A stretch of DNA of 64,000 nucleotides from positions 62,001 to 126,000 of the IMG/VR virus record IMGVR_UViG_3300021520_000002; one strand, given 5' to 3'. The notes below the pieces were generated by a model. It did no database searches. It saw only the letters and a program-made list of their open reading frames with translations, and was not told where the DNA came from. Position 1 is the first letter of the stretch; each line of letters opens with the position of its first letter. The position numbers and the translations under genes are program-made. Shown in pieces: positions 1 through 8,996 of this stretch.

Positions 1-105
1 TTAGATGAACTTCCTGAATTTGATGTTGATGAATTAGATGAAGATGATGCTGAAGATTTTGAAGATGAAGAAGAAGATTTTGAAGGAATGGAAGACGATA
101 TATGA
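1..105 (+). CDS. 3' end of a protein with a highly acidic C-terminal tail (truncated by window edge)
   Basis: Frame 1 is open from base 1 (LDELPEFDVDELDEDDAEDFEDEEEDFEGMEDDI*); stop overlaps the next ATG (ATGA). Confidence 0.7.
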   Translation, partial: LDELPEFDVDELDEDDAEDFEDEEEDFEGMEDDI

Positions 106-287
106 TTAAGGAAGATCAGAAAATAGATTTAGATCAGTTAATTAATGAATTTGTACAAATGGTGGATGAAAACAGTCCTGAAGCAAGTACTGATCCAAAT
201 GTTAAACGTGTAAAAGTAATTAGAGCACAGGGTGGTTGTGCTTGTGGAAATTGTTTTGATGAAGAAGACTTTGGTGAAACTCAATGA
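102..287 (+). CDS. small hypothetical protein with CxCxxC motif
   Basis: ORF with ATGA overlaps on both sides; CACGNC. Confidence 0.6.
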   Translation: MIKEDQKIDLDQLINEFVQMVDENSPEASTDPNVKRVKVIRAQGGCACGNCFDEEDFGETQ

Positions 288-514
288 AATTAACAAAATT
301 TGATCAAGAAATAAGTCAAAGAATTTCTAGTTCTATAATTCATGAAAAATATGATATATATGAAATTGAACAAAAAATTAAAAATAGTATAAAAGATTTA
401 GTTAATGGATGGTATAAATTTACAATTAATAAATTAATTGATAAATTTTCTATTGAATTTACTTATTGTCCTACTGAATTTAGTATGAAAACAATTTTAA
501 TCATTATCAAATAG
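284..514 (+). CDS. hypothetical protein
   Basis: ORF translationally coupled to the upstream gene. Confidence 0.55.
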   Translation: MKLTKFDQEISQRISSSIIHEKYDIYEIEQKIKNSIKDLVNGWYKFTINKLIDKFSIEFTYCPTEFSMKTILIIIK

Positions 515-544
515 TTAAAATTTTTTGGAGGCGTAAAATAAATA

Positions 545-1948
545 ATGGCAAGAAAAAAAGAAGATACAAATAGAAGCGCAACTAATAGTTTTGATTCATC
601 TTCATTTGAAGATGCATCAACAGAACAAGCTGAAAAGTTAGGAACAGCATTTGAAAGTATAATTACAAGTAAGTATGGTTTTGCAAGAGCACCGGAACCA
701 TATCTAACTCCATTTGGTATTCAGCATCTTGATACATTAATTGGTGGAGGAATAACATCTTCTGCTCCAGTTATGTTAACATCAACACCTGAAACTGGAA
801 AGAGTACTTTAGCATTTCAACTTTCATCTATATTTCAAATATTGTATCCTAATTCAATGGTTGTTTATTTAGATATTGAAACAGCTGCTAATAAATCAAA
901 TAAGAATAATGCAATGTCAAGAGTTAATATATTTAAAATTGATGAGAAGAGATTTAGATATGAACCTTTGGTTATTAATATAAATCAGTTGTTTGAATTG
1001 ATTGAACAATTATGTGCTGTTAAACAGTTGTTTGAAGAGAAATCTCAGAAAGAGTTTAAAGTGTTAATTATTTGGGATAGTATAGCGGCAACTCCATCTT
1101 CTAAAGTTGAAGATGCAGAAGATCCGAATAAAATTATTGGTGTTAAAGCACGTCAGCTTACATTCGCTCTCGAGAAATATTTGCCGATGATGGCATTCAA
1201 TAGAATAACATTTCTAGCTATTGATCAGGTTCGTGCAAATCTTAATATTGATCCTTATGCTCAAAAAGAAAAATCTGTTGGAGTATTTAAAGACTATCGT
1301 GCCGCTACATCTATATCTGCATTAAATCATAGAGTTGCTCAATGGTTATTTTTATCCAGAAAAGCAGCTATTACACCAGATGATGGATTAGGCATTAATG
1401 GTTGGTATATGAGTATGTATGTTGAGAAGAATAAAATTGCTCCATCTCAGGAAGCTATTACTTGTGTTTTTGATAAGAGAAATGGTCTTCATAAATTTTG
1501 GAGTGAGTATACATTTCTTAGTGAGATGATGCCATCTGAAAAGAAGTATTATAAAACTGAAGATAAAATACCATTTCCATTATCTATTAAAAAATCTGGT
1601 CCTCAAGTATATCTTGAATTTATAGATCCAACATCAGGAAGTGTTGCATACACATCTGAAAAAATGTATAAGAAGAATATGAATAAAGCTTATATTGAAG
1701 ATAGTACTTTTAGACAAGCTTTTGATTATGTAACAAGTATGGCTGTTGAACTTAGAATTAGACAAGGACTTTTTAGGGAAAGTGAAACTGCTATTAATAT
1801 AAGTTCTGAAGTAATTGAAGAATTTGAAGCTGAAAGTCTTTCAGATGATAATTTTGATAAACCAAAAATTTCAGTTGCTGAACAAGTTGCCGCTACAATA
1901 CCTTCTATCGATGGAGAACAAGAAGCTACTTATGAATCAATATTTTAA
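545..1948 (+). CDS. uvsX: RecA/UvsX-like recombinase
   Basis: TPFGIQHLDTLIGGGI, Walker A STPETGKST, YLDIE, Walker B IIWDSIAA, IDQVR, VEKNKIAP. Confidence 0.88.
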   Translation: MARKKEDTNRSATNSFDSSSFEDASTEQAEKLGTAFESIITSKYGFARAPEPYLTPFGIQHLDTLIGGGITSSAPVMLTSTPETGKSTLAFQLSSIFQILYPNSMVVYLDIETAANKSNKNNAMSRVNIFKIDEKRFRYEPLVININQLFELIEQLCAVKQLFEEKSQKEFKVLIIWDSIAATPSSKVEDAEDPNKIIGVKARQLTFALEKYLPMMAFNRITFLAIDQVRANLNIDPYAQKEKSVGVFKDYRAATSISALNHRVAQWLFLSRKAAITPDDGLGINGWYMSMYVEKNKIAPSQEAITCVFDKRNGLHKFWSEYTFLSEMMPSEKKYYKTEDKIPFPLSIKKSGPQVYLEFIDPTSGSVAYTSEKMYKKNMNKAYIEDSTFRQAFDYVTSMAVELRIRQGLFRESETAINISSEVIEEFEAESLSDDNFDKPKISVAEQVAATIPSIDGEQEATYESIF

Positions 1949-1962
1949 TATTGGAGACTATT

Positions 1963-2931
1963 ATGGATGTTAGATTTTTAAAAGAGATTAGTGAAGCGTA
2001 TATTATAGACACTGAACTTGATGCTTTTCCGGAACAAATATATAATGAATTATATGATATTACTAAGTTCATTCAGAAAAATGATCCGGAATTATATAAT
2101 GAACTTTATGAATCAACTAGAATTACTCAACAGAAAATTTTGAAAACATATCTTGATTATGTTTTTGAATTAAATGTTGTTTCTGAAGAGATTGAAGATC
2201 AAGAATTATTGCTTGAAGAACCTATAACTATGGCTGTAACTGGTGGTTTAGGATTACTTTTGGCATATTTATATCGAAAGGGATTGACTAAAGGTATAAT
2301 GAAAATTGGTGCTGAAGCTGGAAAAGTATTTCAATATATTGGGAATTTTCTAACTAAAAAAGGTAAATATATGCAACTTAGATATTCTATAATTCAAGAG
2401 AATTATAAAAAATGTTATCTAAAATGTGATATTGAAAAACCTTCAGATATTAGTGCTCTTTCATATGGTTCTATTTCTTCATCTTCAACATTTTCATCAA
2501 AAAAAACTTCAGATCAAGCTGAATGTCTTAGAGAATGTTATCTTGATAATTTAATTGATGTGATTTGTTTACATATGGAAGGATATTTTGCTTGTTTAAA
2601 ACGGACTGGAAATTCTGCCGCTTTACAAAATACTGAAACAGATGATGTTATGAAAATGATATCGTCAACTAATATTGCAACAGCGTGTTCTGATTATTAT
2701 GATTTGGCGAGAGAATCTCTTGGAAATTTTTATAAAGTTTTAGATTTAGTTTATAATGATATGAGTGAAGATGATAATAAATTAGAATGGATGAATAAGT
2801 TTAGAGGGAGATTATTTCAAACTCGTCAACAAGTTCAGAAATATAGTAATAATGAATTACAAAGATATGAATCTTCTGGTAATTCAAAACCTGATTTTAG
2901 AGGTAAAAGACCTGATTTCAGAAGGTCTTAA
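1963..2931 (+). CDS. hypothetical protein, possibly a processed virion/head protein with one hydrophobic segment
   Basis: ORF track start 1951 (TTG); ATG 1963 follows GGAG. Acidic N-terminus ending LLLEE, then AVTGGLGLLLAYLY, then a Cys-rich helical region. Confidence 0.6.
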   Translation: MDVRFLKEISEAYIIDTELDAFPEQIYNELYDITKFIQKNDPELYNELYESTRITQQKILKTYLDYVFELNVVSEEIEDQELLLEEPITMAVTGGLGLLLAYLYRKGLTKGIMKIGAEAGKVFQYIGNFLTKKGKYMQLRYSIIQENYKKCYLKCDIEKPSDISALSYGSISSSSTFSSKKTSDQAECLRECYLDNLIDVICLHMEGYFACLKRTGNSAALQNTETDDVMKMISSTNIATACSDYYDLARESLGNFYKVLDLVYNDMSEDDNKLEWMNKFRGRLFQTRQQVQKYSNNELQRYESSGNSKPDFRGKRPDFRRS

Positions 2932-2994
2932 TAAACATTTTATTCCCCTTAGGAGGGTGTATATAATATCCTATTTCCAGGTCGGAGGACAGAA

Positions 2995-3258
2995 ATGATC
3001 AGAGCTACAATGTCAAAACGTAGTAAAGCTGGGAAAATGAATGCTCTCGGTGGAGCTTTTGCAATGAGAATTGCAAGACAAAAAAATGATCCTCTTTATA
3101 CCAAAATGAAAAAACTTAAAATATTATATAAAGCAGCTAAGAGAACTTTACTTCAAAGATATGGAGCAAAAGGTAAAATGGCAGCTCGTATGGCTGCAAC
3201 CGGCAAAATTCAAACCTTTGCACCTAAAGTTATGGGTGGTCAATTACATAAAAGATAA
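2995..3258 (+). CDS. small very basic (Lys/Arg/Met/Ala-rich) protein, possibly DNA-condensing
   Basis: GGAGG RBS; only one acidic residue in 87 aa; followed by a hairpin. Confidence 0.65.
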   Translation: MIRATMSKRSKAGKMNALGGAFAMRIARQKNDPLYTKMKKLKILYKAAKRTLLQRYGAKGKMAARMAATGKIQTFAPKVMGGQLHKR

Positions 3259-3270
3259 ATATTTTAAAAA

Positions 3271-3302
3271 TAATTGGGAAGGTGTCAAAGCCTTCCCAAT
3301 TA
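3271..3302 (+). terminator. intrinsic terminator-like hairpin
   Basis: TAATTGGGAAGG...CCTTCCCAATT inverted repeat followed by a T-rich tract. Confidence 0.7.
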
Positions 3303-3319
3303 TTATATTTGCAATTTAT

Positions 3320-3329
3320 ATATAGAAAT
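3320..3329 (+). promoter_or_regulatory. putative phage promoter motif ATATAGAAAT
   Basis: One of six intergenic copies, each oriented towards the adjacent gene. Confidence 0.5.
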
Positions 3330-3364
3330 TATCTAATTATATAAATCTATAAAATGGAGGCGCT

Positions 3365-4336
3365 GTGTCTGATTTAAATAGTATGATGGAGATGCTTGAA
3401 GTACCACAAGATATAATTGATGATATAATTGAAACTGAAAAAAGTGCTGAGATTCCTGAAAAACAATTTGAAATTATCATACCCGATATTACACGAGCAT
3501 ATTCTTTATTTGATATTGATAAATTTACAAAAGAATTACAGGAAAAATCTGCCGCTAAAAATCAAGCATATAGAGAATTATTTCAAAATATTAATGCTTA
3601 TGATTTGGCAAACAATTGTATTAGAGATATTGTTTATAAATTATTAAATACACCAGTTGAATCTTTTGCCGATAAATGGCTACCAGTATTATTAAGATCA
3701 ACTTTGGGAAATGCTATACATAATTTTATACAAGACAATTCTAATCAATTTACGGAACGAGAAGTATCAATAAAAATACCATCAAAAAGAGTTTCTGTTA
3801 GATTAGATAATTTAATTGGTCCAAATATTTTAGTCGAGATTAAAAGTTTACCTTATTCAGAATATGAAAAAATAGTTAAATCTTGTAAGCCAAGAATTGC
3901 TGATTTTTATCAAGCAGTAGCTTATAAATATTTCTTAGAAAATTTTCTTGAAGAAGCCAAAAATTCTGGAGAGAAGACAAGAACTCCACCTCCAGCTTTA
4001 AATAATTATGATATTCAACAAATTCAGTTTATTTATGTTGCTCATGATGTTGTAGCAAATGATGTTGAATCACTTGCTGAAATATTAGAGAGAATTAAAC
4101 AACTTAAAAGACTTCTTAATTCTAAATCTAATACATTCTTCTTCATGACAACATTAGCAATTGATGTTACAAATAATATTGCTGATCCATATATTAATTA
4201 TATTAAAAATAAATTAGAGCGTATTAATCATTATTTAGATAGCGGCAAGATTCCACCAAATGATGATGAATTTGTAGATACAGGTAAATGTTTCTTCTGT
4301 CTCTACAAGAAATTATGTAATCAGAATAAGAGATAA
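3365..4336 (+). CDS. Cas4-like PD-(D/E)XK exonuclease with 4Fe-4S cysteines (solo, no CRISPR)
   Basis: N-terminal C-x-R, GNAIH, RLD, EIKS, QAVAY and C-terminal CFFCLYKKLC. Confidence 0.8.
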   Translation: MSDLNSMMEMLEVPQDIIDDIIETEKSAEIPEKQFEIIIPDITRAYSLFDIDKFTKELQEKSAAKNQAYRELFQNINAYDLANNCIRDIVYKLLNTPVESFADKWLPVLLRSTLGNAIHNFIQDNSNQFTEREVSIKIPSKRVSVRLDNLIGPNILVEIKSLPYSEYEKIVKSCKPRIADFYQAVAYKYFLENFLEEAKNSGEKTRTPPPALNNYDIQQIQFIYVAHDVVANDVESLAEILERIKQLKRLLNSKSNTFFFMTTLAIDVTNNIADPYINYIKNKLERINHYLDSGKIPPNDDEFVDTGKCFFCLYKKLCNQNKR

Positions 4337-4339
4337 CAA

Positions 4340-4379
4340 ATAGAGAAGGGTTAATTCCCTTCTCTATATTCTTTTTTTT
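4340..4379 (+). terminator. intrinsic terminator
   Basis: ATAGAGAAGGG-ttaatt-CCCTTCTCTAT followed by poly-T. Confidence 0.75.
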
Positions 4380-4389
4380 GGAGATAATT

Positions 4390-4629
4390 ATGATTGTTAC
4401 TGAAGATGTTGCTAAAAAAGAAATGAAATGTTATAGAAATGTTAATGATAAAGGTGAATTTGGAACTTGTTTAGGATCAATTTGTATGGCATGGGAATGG
4501 TATCCTATAAATCAAATTAATAATGATTATGATTTTAGCGCTGGTCCAGTTGAAAATATTACTTTCACATCAAACAAAGGATATTGTGCTGCGGCTGGTA
4601 GACCATATGGATATAGAACAGGAGCTTAA
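4390..4629 (+). CDS. small Cys-containing phage protein (CxxSxCMAWxW...GYC)
   Basis: GGAG RBS before ATG 4390 (ORF track 4378); motif typical of small phage proteins. Confidence 0.6.
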   Translation: MIVTEDVAKKEMKCYRNVNDKGEFGTCLGSICMAWEWYPINQINNDYDFSAGPVENITFTSNKGYCAAAGRPYGYRTGA

Positions 4630-4631
4630 TT

Positions 4632-5084
4632 ATGATTAGTATAACTTATTTATTCGAATCAGAAAAGGAGATCTTGCCGATGAAAATTGGTATTATAGGA
4701 TATTCAGCAAAAAAATTTGATAAAAAATTAGCTGAAAAATTAATTATAGAAGGTTTAAATAAATTCAAAGCTAAAGAAGGAGATGAGTTAGTTTCTGGAT
4801 TAACTGATTTAGGAATACCAGGATTAGCTTATAGAATCGGTAAAAAAAGAAATATGAAACTTATCGGTATTGCTTGTAAAAAAGCACACGATGAAGATAG
4901 TGTTTGTTATCCTGTTGATAAAGAAATAATAGTTGGAGATAATTGGGGTGATGAATCAAAAACATTTTTAAAATATATAGATATGTTAATTAAAGTTGGT
5001 GGTGGAAAACAATCAATAGAAGAATATAATAGATTCAAAGGTCCTAAAATTGAGTTTGAATTGGCCGCTAAAGAGGATAATTAA
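4632..5084 (+). CDS. SLOG-superfamily (DprA/LOG/YspA-like) nucleotide-binding protein with N-terminal MISITYLFE leader
   Basis: MKIGIIGYS, LVSGLTDLGIPGLAY, LIGIAC, VGGGKQSIEE match the SLOG Rossmannoid pattern. Confidence 0.7.
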   Translation: MISITYLFESEKEILPMKIGIIGYSAKKFDKKLAEKLIIEGLNKFKAKEGDELVSGLTDLGIPGLAYRIGKKRNMKLIGIACKKAHDEDSVCYPVDKEIIVGDNWGDESKTFLKYIDMLIKVGGGKQSIEEYNRFKGPKIEFELAAKEDN

Positions 5085-5085
5085 A

Positions 5086-5247
5086 ATGGAACAACAAACA
5101 GCTCAAATTATACCAATAAATATTAAAAGAGGTTTTAATCCTATTTTTAGTTGTAGTTGTGGAAATGAGTCTTTTAATGAAGGAAATGGAACTGAAATTA
5201 TAATCATTTGTAAAAAATGTGGTAATACTTATGTTGAAGTAAAGTGA
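5086..5247 (+). CDS. small zinc-ribbon protein
   Basis: CSCG...CKKCG; ATG after GAGG (ORF track 5050). Confidence 0.55.
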   Translation: MEQQTAQIIPINIKRGFNPIFSCSCGNESFNEGNGTEIIIICKKCGNTYVEVK

Positions 5248-5254
5248 GGAGAAA

Positions 5255-5395
5255 ATGTTTGGAGATTTTATACTATATATAAAAGAATCTTGGAAAGAAT
5301 TTTGGTGTATTCATAATTATAAATTTGATAGATCGTTATGGTTAATACCAACACATTTAACTGTTAAGTGTGAAAAATGTGGGAGATTAAAATAA
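5255..5395 (+). CDS. 46-aa protein (CxHxY...CxKCG), not in ORF track
   Basis: GAGGAG RBS; MFGDFILYIKESWKEFWCIHNYKFDRSLWLIPTHLTVKCEKCGRLK*. Confidence 0.55.
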   Translation: MFGDFILYIKESWKEFWCIHNYKFDRSLWLIPTHLTVKCEKCGRLK

Positions 5396-5410
5396 GGGGA
5401 GTTTAAGAAT

Positions 5411-6007
5411 ATGTTATCAATAGGTTTTTTATTTGAAGATGAAGAAGATGATATTGATATGGAACAATATTTTGAAGATCGGACAAATTATCATATTGGT
5501 CTTGTAAATAGTTATTTAGATGAAATAATTGAATTACATGATCCACGTTTAGATCTTGCCGTTTTAGAACAAGAAAAAGAAATACATGATCAAAGTAAAT
5601 TTGAAGAACCAGAATATGAACCTTATGTTAAATTAACATGGAATTATTATTTAAAAGATCATGGTAAAAAAATTGATTCTTCACAAGATGAATTAAAGAA
5701 AATACAAGCGGCAACTTTTCATCATGTGAAGAATAATCAACATCATCCTGAATCTTGGGACGAGAATAGTACTATAGAAAGTATCAACAGTAAAGATAGA
5801 GATAAACCAGGGAAAATTGTTGATGCAACAAAAATGTCACTTAATTATATTGCAGCAATGGTAGCTGACTGGATGGCTATGTCAGAAGAGAAAGGAACAG
5901 ATCCATATAAGTGGTGTGAAATGAACATCAATAAAAGATGGAAGTTCACAGAAGAACAAGTTAAATTAATTTATGATCTATTGGATAAGATATGGAAGAA
6001 AAAATAG
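5411..6007 (+). CDS. HD-superfamily (DUF5662-like) phosphohydrolase with N-terminal MLSIGFLFE leader
   Basis: YH...HDQSKF...HHVKNNQHHPE...MVADWMAMS. Confidence 0.75.
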   Translation: MLSIGFLFEDEEDDIDMEQYFEDRTNYHIGLVNSYLDEIIELHDPRLDLAVLEQEKEIHDQSKFEEPEYEPYVKLTWNYYLKDHGKKIDSSQDELKKIQAATFHHVKNNQHHPESWDENSTIESINSKDRDKPGKIVDATKMSLNYIAAMVADWMAMSEEKGTDPYKWCEMNINKRWKFTEEQVKLIYDLLDKIWKKK

Positions 6008-6189
6008 ATGTTAAAACAGAACTAGAAAGATGTAAAAAAGATCCTATATATTTTATAGAGAATTATGTTGAATCGAAAGTTGTTCAATTATTAGATTTTA
6101 AAAAGACTAAAGATGAAAAAATTAAAAAGGAAACAGAAAAAAGAATATTAAAAGTATTATTAGAACATGCTGAAAAACTAGAATGGTGA
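5992..6189 (+). CDS. 65-aa protein resembling the N-terminal helix of the large terminase
   Basis: ELERCKKDPIYFIENYV versus EWFKCRENPFYFILNYV in the terminase at 15449. Confidence 0.6.
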   Translation: MEEKIDVKTELERCKKDPIYFIENYVESKVVQLLDFKKTKDEKIKKETEKRILKVLLEHAEKLEW

Positions 6190-6197
6190 GGTAAATC

Positions 6198-6773
6198 ATG
6201 ATATCAATTCTTGCCGAATATGAAAAAGAATTTTTTACTTACAATACAATATCTTCTGATATGTGGTATGAACTTATTAAAGAAGCTAAAAAAGAACAAA
6301 AAATTTTTTTTGATCTTGAAAATAATGAATCTAAAAAACAACAGAGAACAATAAAAATATTAGATAAAAAAGATACTCCACCAACAAATGAATATATTTT
6401 TAATTGTGAATTATTTACAGCTGGAGGAGATTGGGAAGTTCCTGTAAATTATTTTAGGTGTCAATTAATAAAAGGTTATTTAGAAGATAGAACAAGTTAT
6501 AGAAGACCATATTTTATTTATATACCTAAAAAAATAGAAGGAAATTATAATCTTGTTCCAAATTTAAAATCTGATGGAACTTGGCATGCTCCTGATAATT
6601 CTTATTATAAAAAAGGAATTGATCCAGAAGTGAATGATAAAGATTGTTGGAAAGCTTTAGATGGATATTTGAGAAAAATAGTAGAAGATTATATTGAAAA
6701 AAGAAAGTTAAAACAATTGGAAGGACAAACATCAATTGAAGGAAAAGAATCAAATGAGAATACAACTTCGTAA
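6198..6773 (+). CDS. hypothetical protein with MISILAE leader variant
   Basis: GAGGT RBS; 191-aa ORF. Confidence 0.7.
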   Translation: MISILAEYEKEFFTYNTISSDMWYELIKEAKKEQKIFFDLENNESKKQQRTIKILDKKDTPPTNEYIFNCELFTAGGDWEVPVNYFRCQLIKGYLEDRTSYRRPYFIYIPKKIEGNYNLVPNLKSDGTWHAPDNSYYKKGIDPEVNDKDCWKALDGYLRKIVEDYIEKRKLKQLEGQTSIEGKESNENTTS

Positions 6774-6785
6774 AAGAGGGTACTT

Positions 6786-8987
6786 ATGAATATAACGGGA
6801 CAAAGTCAATACTCAAAAATTGTGTCAGGGTTAAGACAACCAGGTAGAAAATTTGTGGGTCAAGATTTAAATTTAATTTTTGTATATCCAATTTTATTAC
6901 CCAACAAATTACCTGATCTACAAAATGTAGAAATGATAATTAGAAATTTTATATCTACAACATTTTTAAAAGAGATATTCATACAAAACACTATTAGTAT
7001 GATTTCTTTAGCTAATCAGATTCAACCTCTTTCTGACGAGATGGGAATAAGGATAGATCCAAATGCAACAGTTGCTCAAGTATTTCAAAACAATCAAACT
7101 GTTGGAAATATTCCAGTTGCTACAAGATCTGATACTTCTCCAAATTATTCTGTAAGTACACAGTATAGAGATCAAATACAGAGAAAGATTAATGAGAAGA
7201 CAGCTGTAATTCAGAAAGTAGTAAAAACAGATCCAGTGATGAGTAAATTAAATCCTTATGTTGAAATGATAACTATGGGAAATCTTATAGATGTACCAGT
7301 TATTGTAGGTACAAAAACATTTCAAGTAGACACACTTTCATTAATTCATATTTTATTAGCGGCTGTTGCAACAGATACAAAATTAGATAGTATTACTAAT
7401 TTAAATATTATTTGTGATGAACTTAATAAATTAGATGAAACAAAATATTGGAGATTATTAAATAAACTTGCCGCTGAAGATAAATCATTTCATTTATGGT
7501 CATGGATTAAATCTAGTGGAGTTAAAGTTGGAGAAAAAATATCTAACAAAGCAACATTACATATTCCTGAAACATCTAAATTTGTTAGAACTCAAGCAAA
7601 AAAAGTTGGAACTTTTGCATCTAGAATTCAAACTCAGCGAGGTAGTCTCGCTGGTGATATAATTAATCCTCTTAGAGGTAAAACTGGAGATTTAAGTGAT
7701 TTTGCTGAAAGTTCAGCATTTGAAATATTACGAGTTATGAAAACTAATTTAGATCAAACAAGATTATTTTTTAGATTTGTTTTAGATCAAAAATTTCTTA
7801 AATCACAAGTTGGAATTGAACCTTTTGATGAAAAAAGTATGACAAAAGGAATGACAGATAATCTTATTCCAGATTTGAAAAGATCAAGAATATTAACAAT
7901 TTCTGGTTTTCAAGATTTGTTAGCAGCATTTGGACTTTCTGCTTTAAGATCCAGTATAGTTGCAATTGAACCAGAACCAGATGTTGTTGGTTTAGATTTA
8001 CTTAATATAATTAATTCAGAAATTAATGAAAAACTTATTACTAGTCTTACTCAAAGTAATGAAGATGTATTTAAAACTATTTCAAATGGAATGAATTCAG
8101 CTACTATTGAGGCGACTAAACAACAAATTGATGTTATTAAGAATTTATGTAATTTTGATATCGGCAAAGAGATGGTTGATACTGGTAATAAACTAGCTGA
8201 TAAAGAATTACCAGTTAATTTTAACAATCAACAATATGTAGATTATGCTCATACTTTATCTCAACTTGGAGAATTATCTTCTGTAAAAAATAAACAGATT
8301 GAAAATTTGTTATCTCAATTTAGAGATATTGGAACAGAAGTTGTTGGGGTTTTAAGAAATGAAATAAAGACTGAAATTGCACAACGTTTAAAAACTATAT
8401 TTCAAACTTATAGTCAAAATTATACGGCAAATAATGTACCAAGAGTAGCAATTGTATTGACTACTCCATCAAATCAAGTAACAACAGATCAAGTTAATCG
8501 AGGAATTATACCAACAACACTTAATTATCTTACAGAATATTTTTATTTTTTATATTTAAAAGCTTTACAAGTAGCTATTTGTAAACTTATAACTAAAGTT
8601 GAAGTAACAGTTGATACAGCATCTAATGACATTACTGATTGGCCGAATTATACATTGGTTTTGCCGATAGAAATTGTTTCAGCTTTACATGCTGCGATGG
8701 TTTCTAAAGGATGGGAAAGTTTAACTACAGATAAAGAAGGTAATTATTTAACGAGTGAAGAACTTTCTAAAGCTGGAATAATTCATGTGACAGAAAATTA
8801 TGTTAAAGGTATAGTTAAGTTTGTAAGTATGAAATTAGGAGTACCAAATTTTGTTGTAGTCGATTCTAAAAAAGGTGATGTTTATTATAAGTTAATGCAT
8901 CAATCTGGAATCAATAAAACAAAATTATCTACGTTAGAATTATTTGTTAAAGAATCAATAAATAAACCAATTATCAATTATTATTAG
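6786..8987 (+). CDS. large hypothetical protein, probably virion-associated
   Basis: 733-aa ORF with GAGGG RBS in the + strand structural block. Confidence 0.75.
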   Translation: MNITGQSQYSKIVSGLRQPGRKFVGQDLNLIFVYPILLPNKLPDLQNVEMIIRNFISTTFLKEIFIQNTISMISLANQIQPLSDEMGIRIDPNATVAQVFQNNQTVGNIPVATRSDTSPNYSVSTQYRDQIQRKINEKTAVIQKVVKTDPVMSKLNPYVEMITMGNLIDVPVIVGTKTFQVDTLSLIHILLAAVATDTKLDSITNLNIICDELNKLDETKYWRLLNKLAAEDKSFHLWSWIKSSGVKVGEKISNKATLHIPETSKFVRTQAKKVGTFASRIQTQRGSLAGDIINPLRGKTGDLSDFAESSAFEILRVMKTNLDQTRLFFRFVLDQKFLKSQVGIEPFDEKSMTKGMTDNLIPDLKRSRILTISGFQDLLAAFGLSALRSSIVAIEPEPDVVGLDLLNIINSEINEKLITSLTQSNEDVFKTISNGMNSATIEATKQQIDVIKNLCNFDIGKEMVDTGNKLADKELPVNFNNQQYVDYAHTLSQLGELSSVKNKQIENLLSQFRDIGTEVVGVLRNEIKTEIAQRLKTIFQTYSQNYTANNVPRVAIVLTTPSNQVTTDQVNRGIIPTTLNYLTEYFYFLYLKALQVAICKLITKVEVTVDTASNDITDWPNYTLVLPIEIVSALHAAMVSKGWESLTTDKEGNYLTSEELSKAGIIHVTENYVKGIVKFVSMKLGVPNFVVVDSKKGDVYYKLMHQSGINKTKLSTLELFVKESINKPIINYY

Positions 8988-8996
8988 GAGGATACT

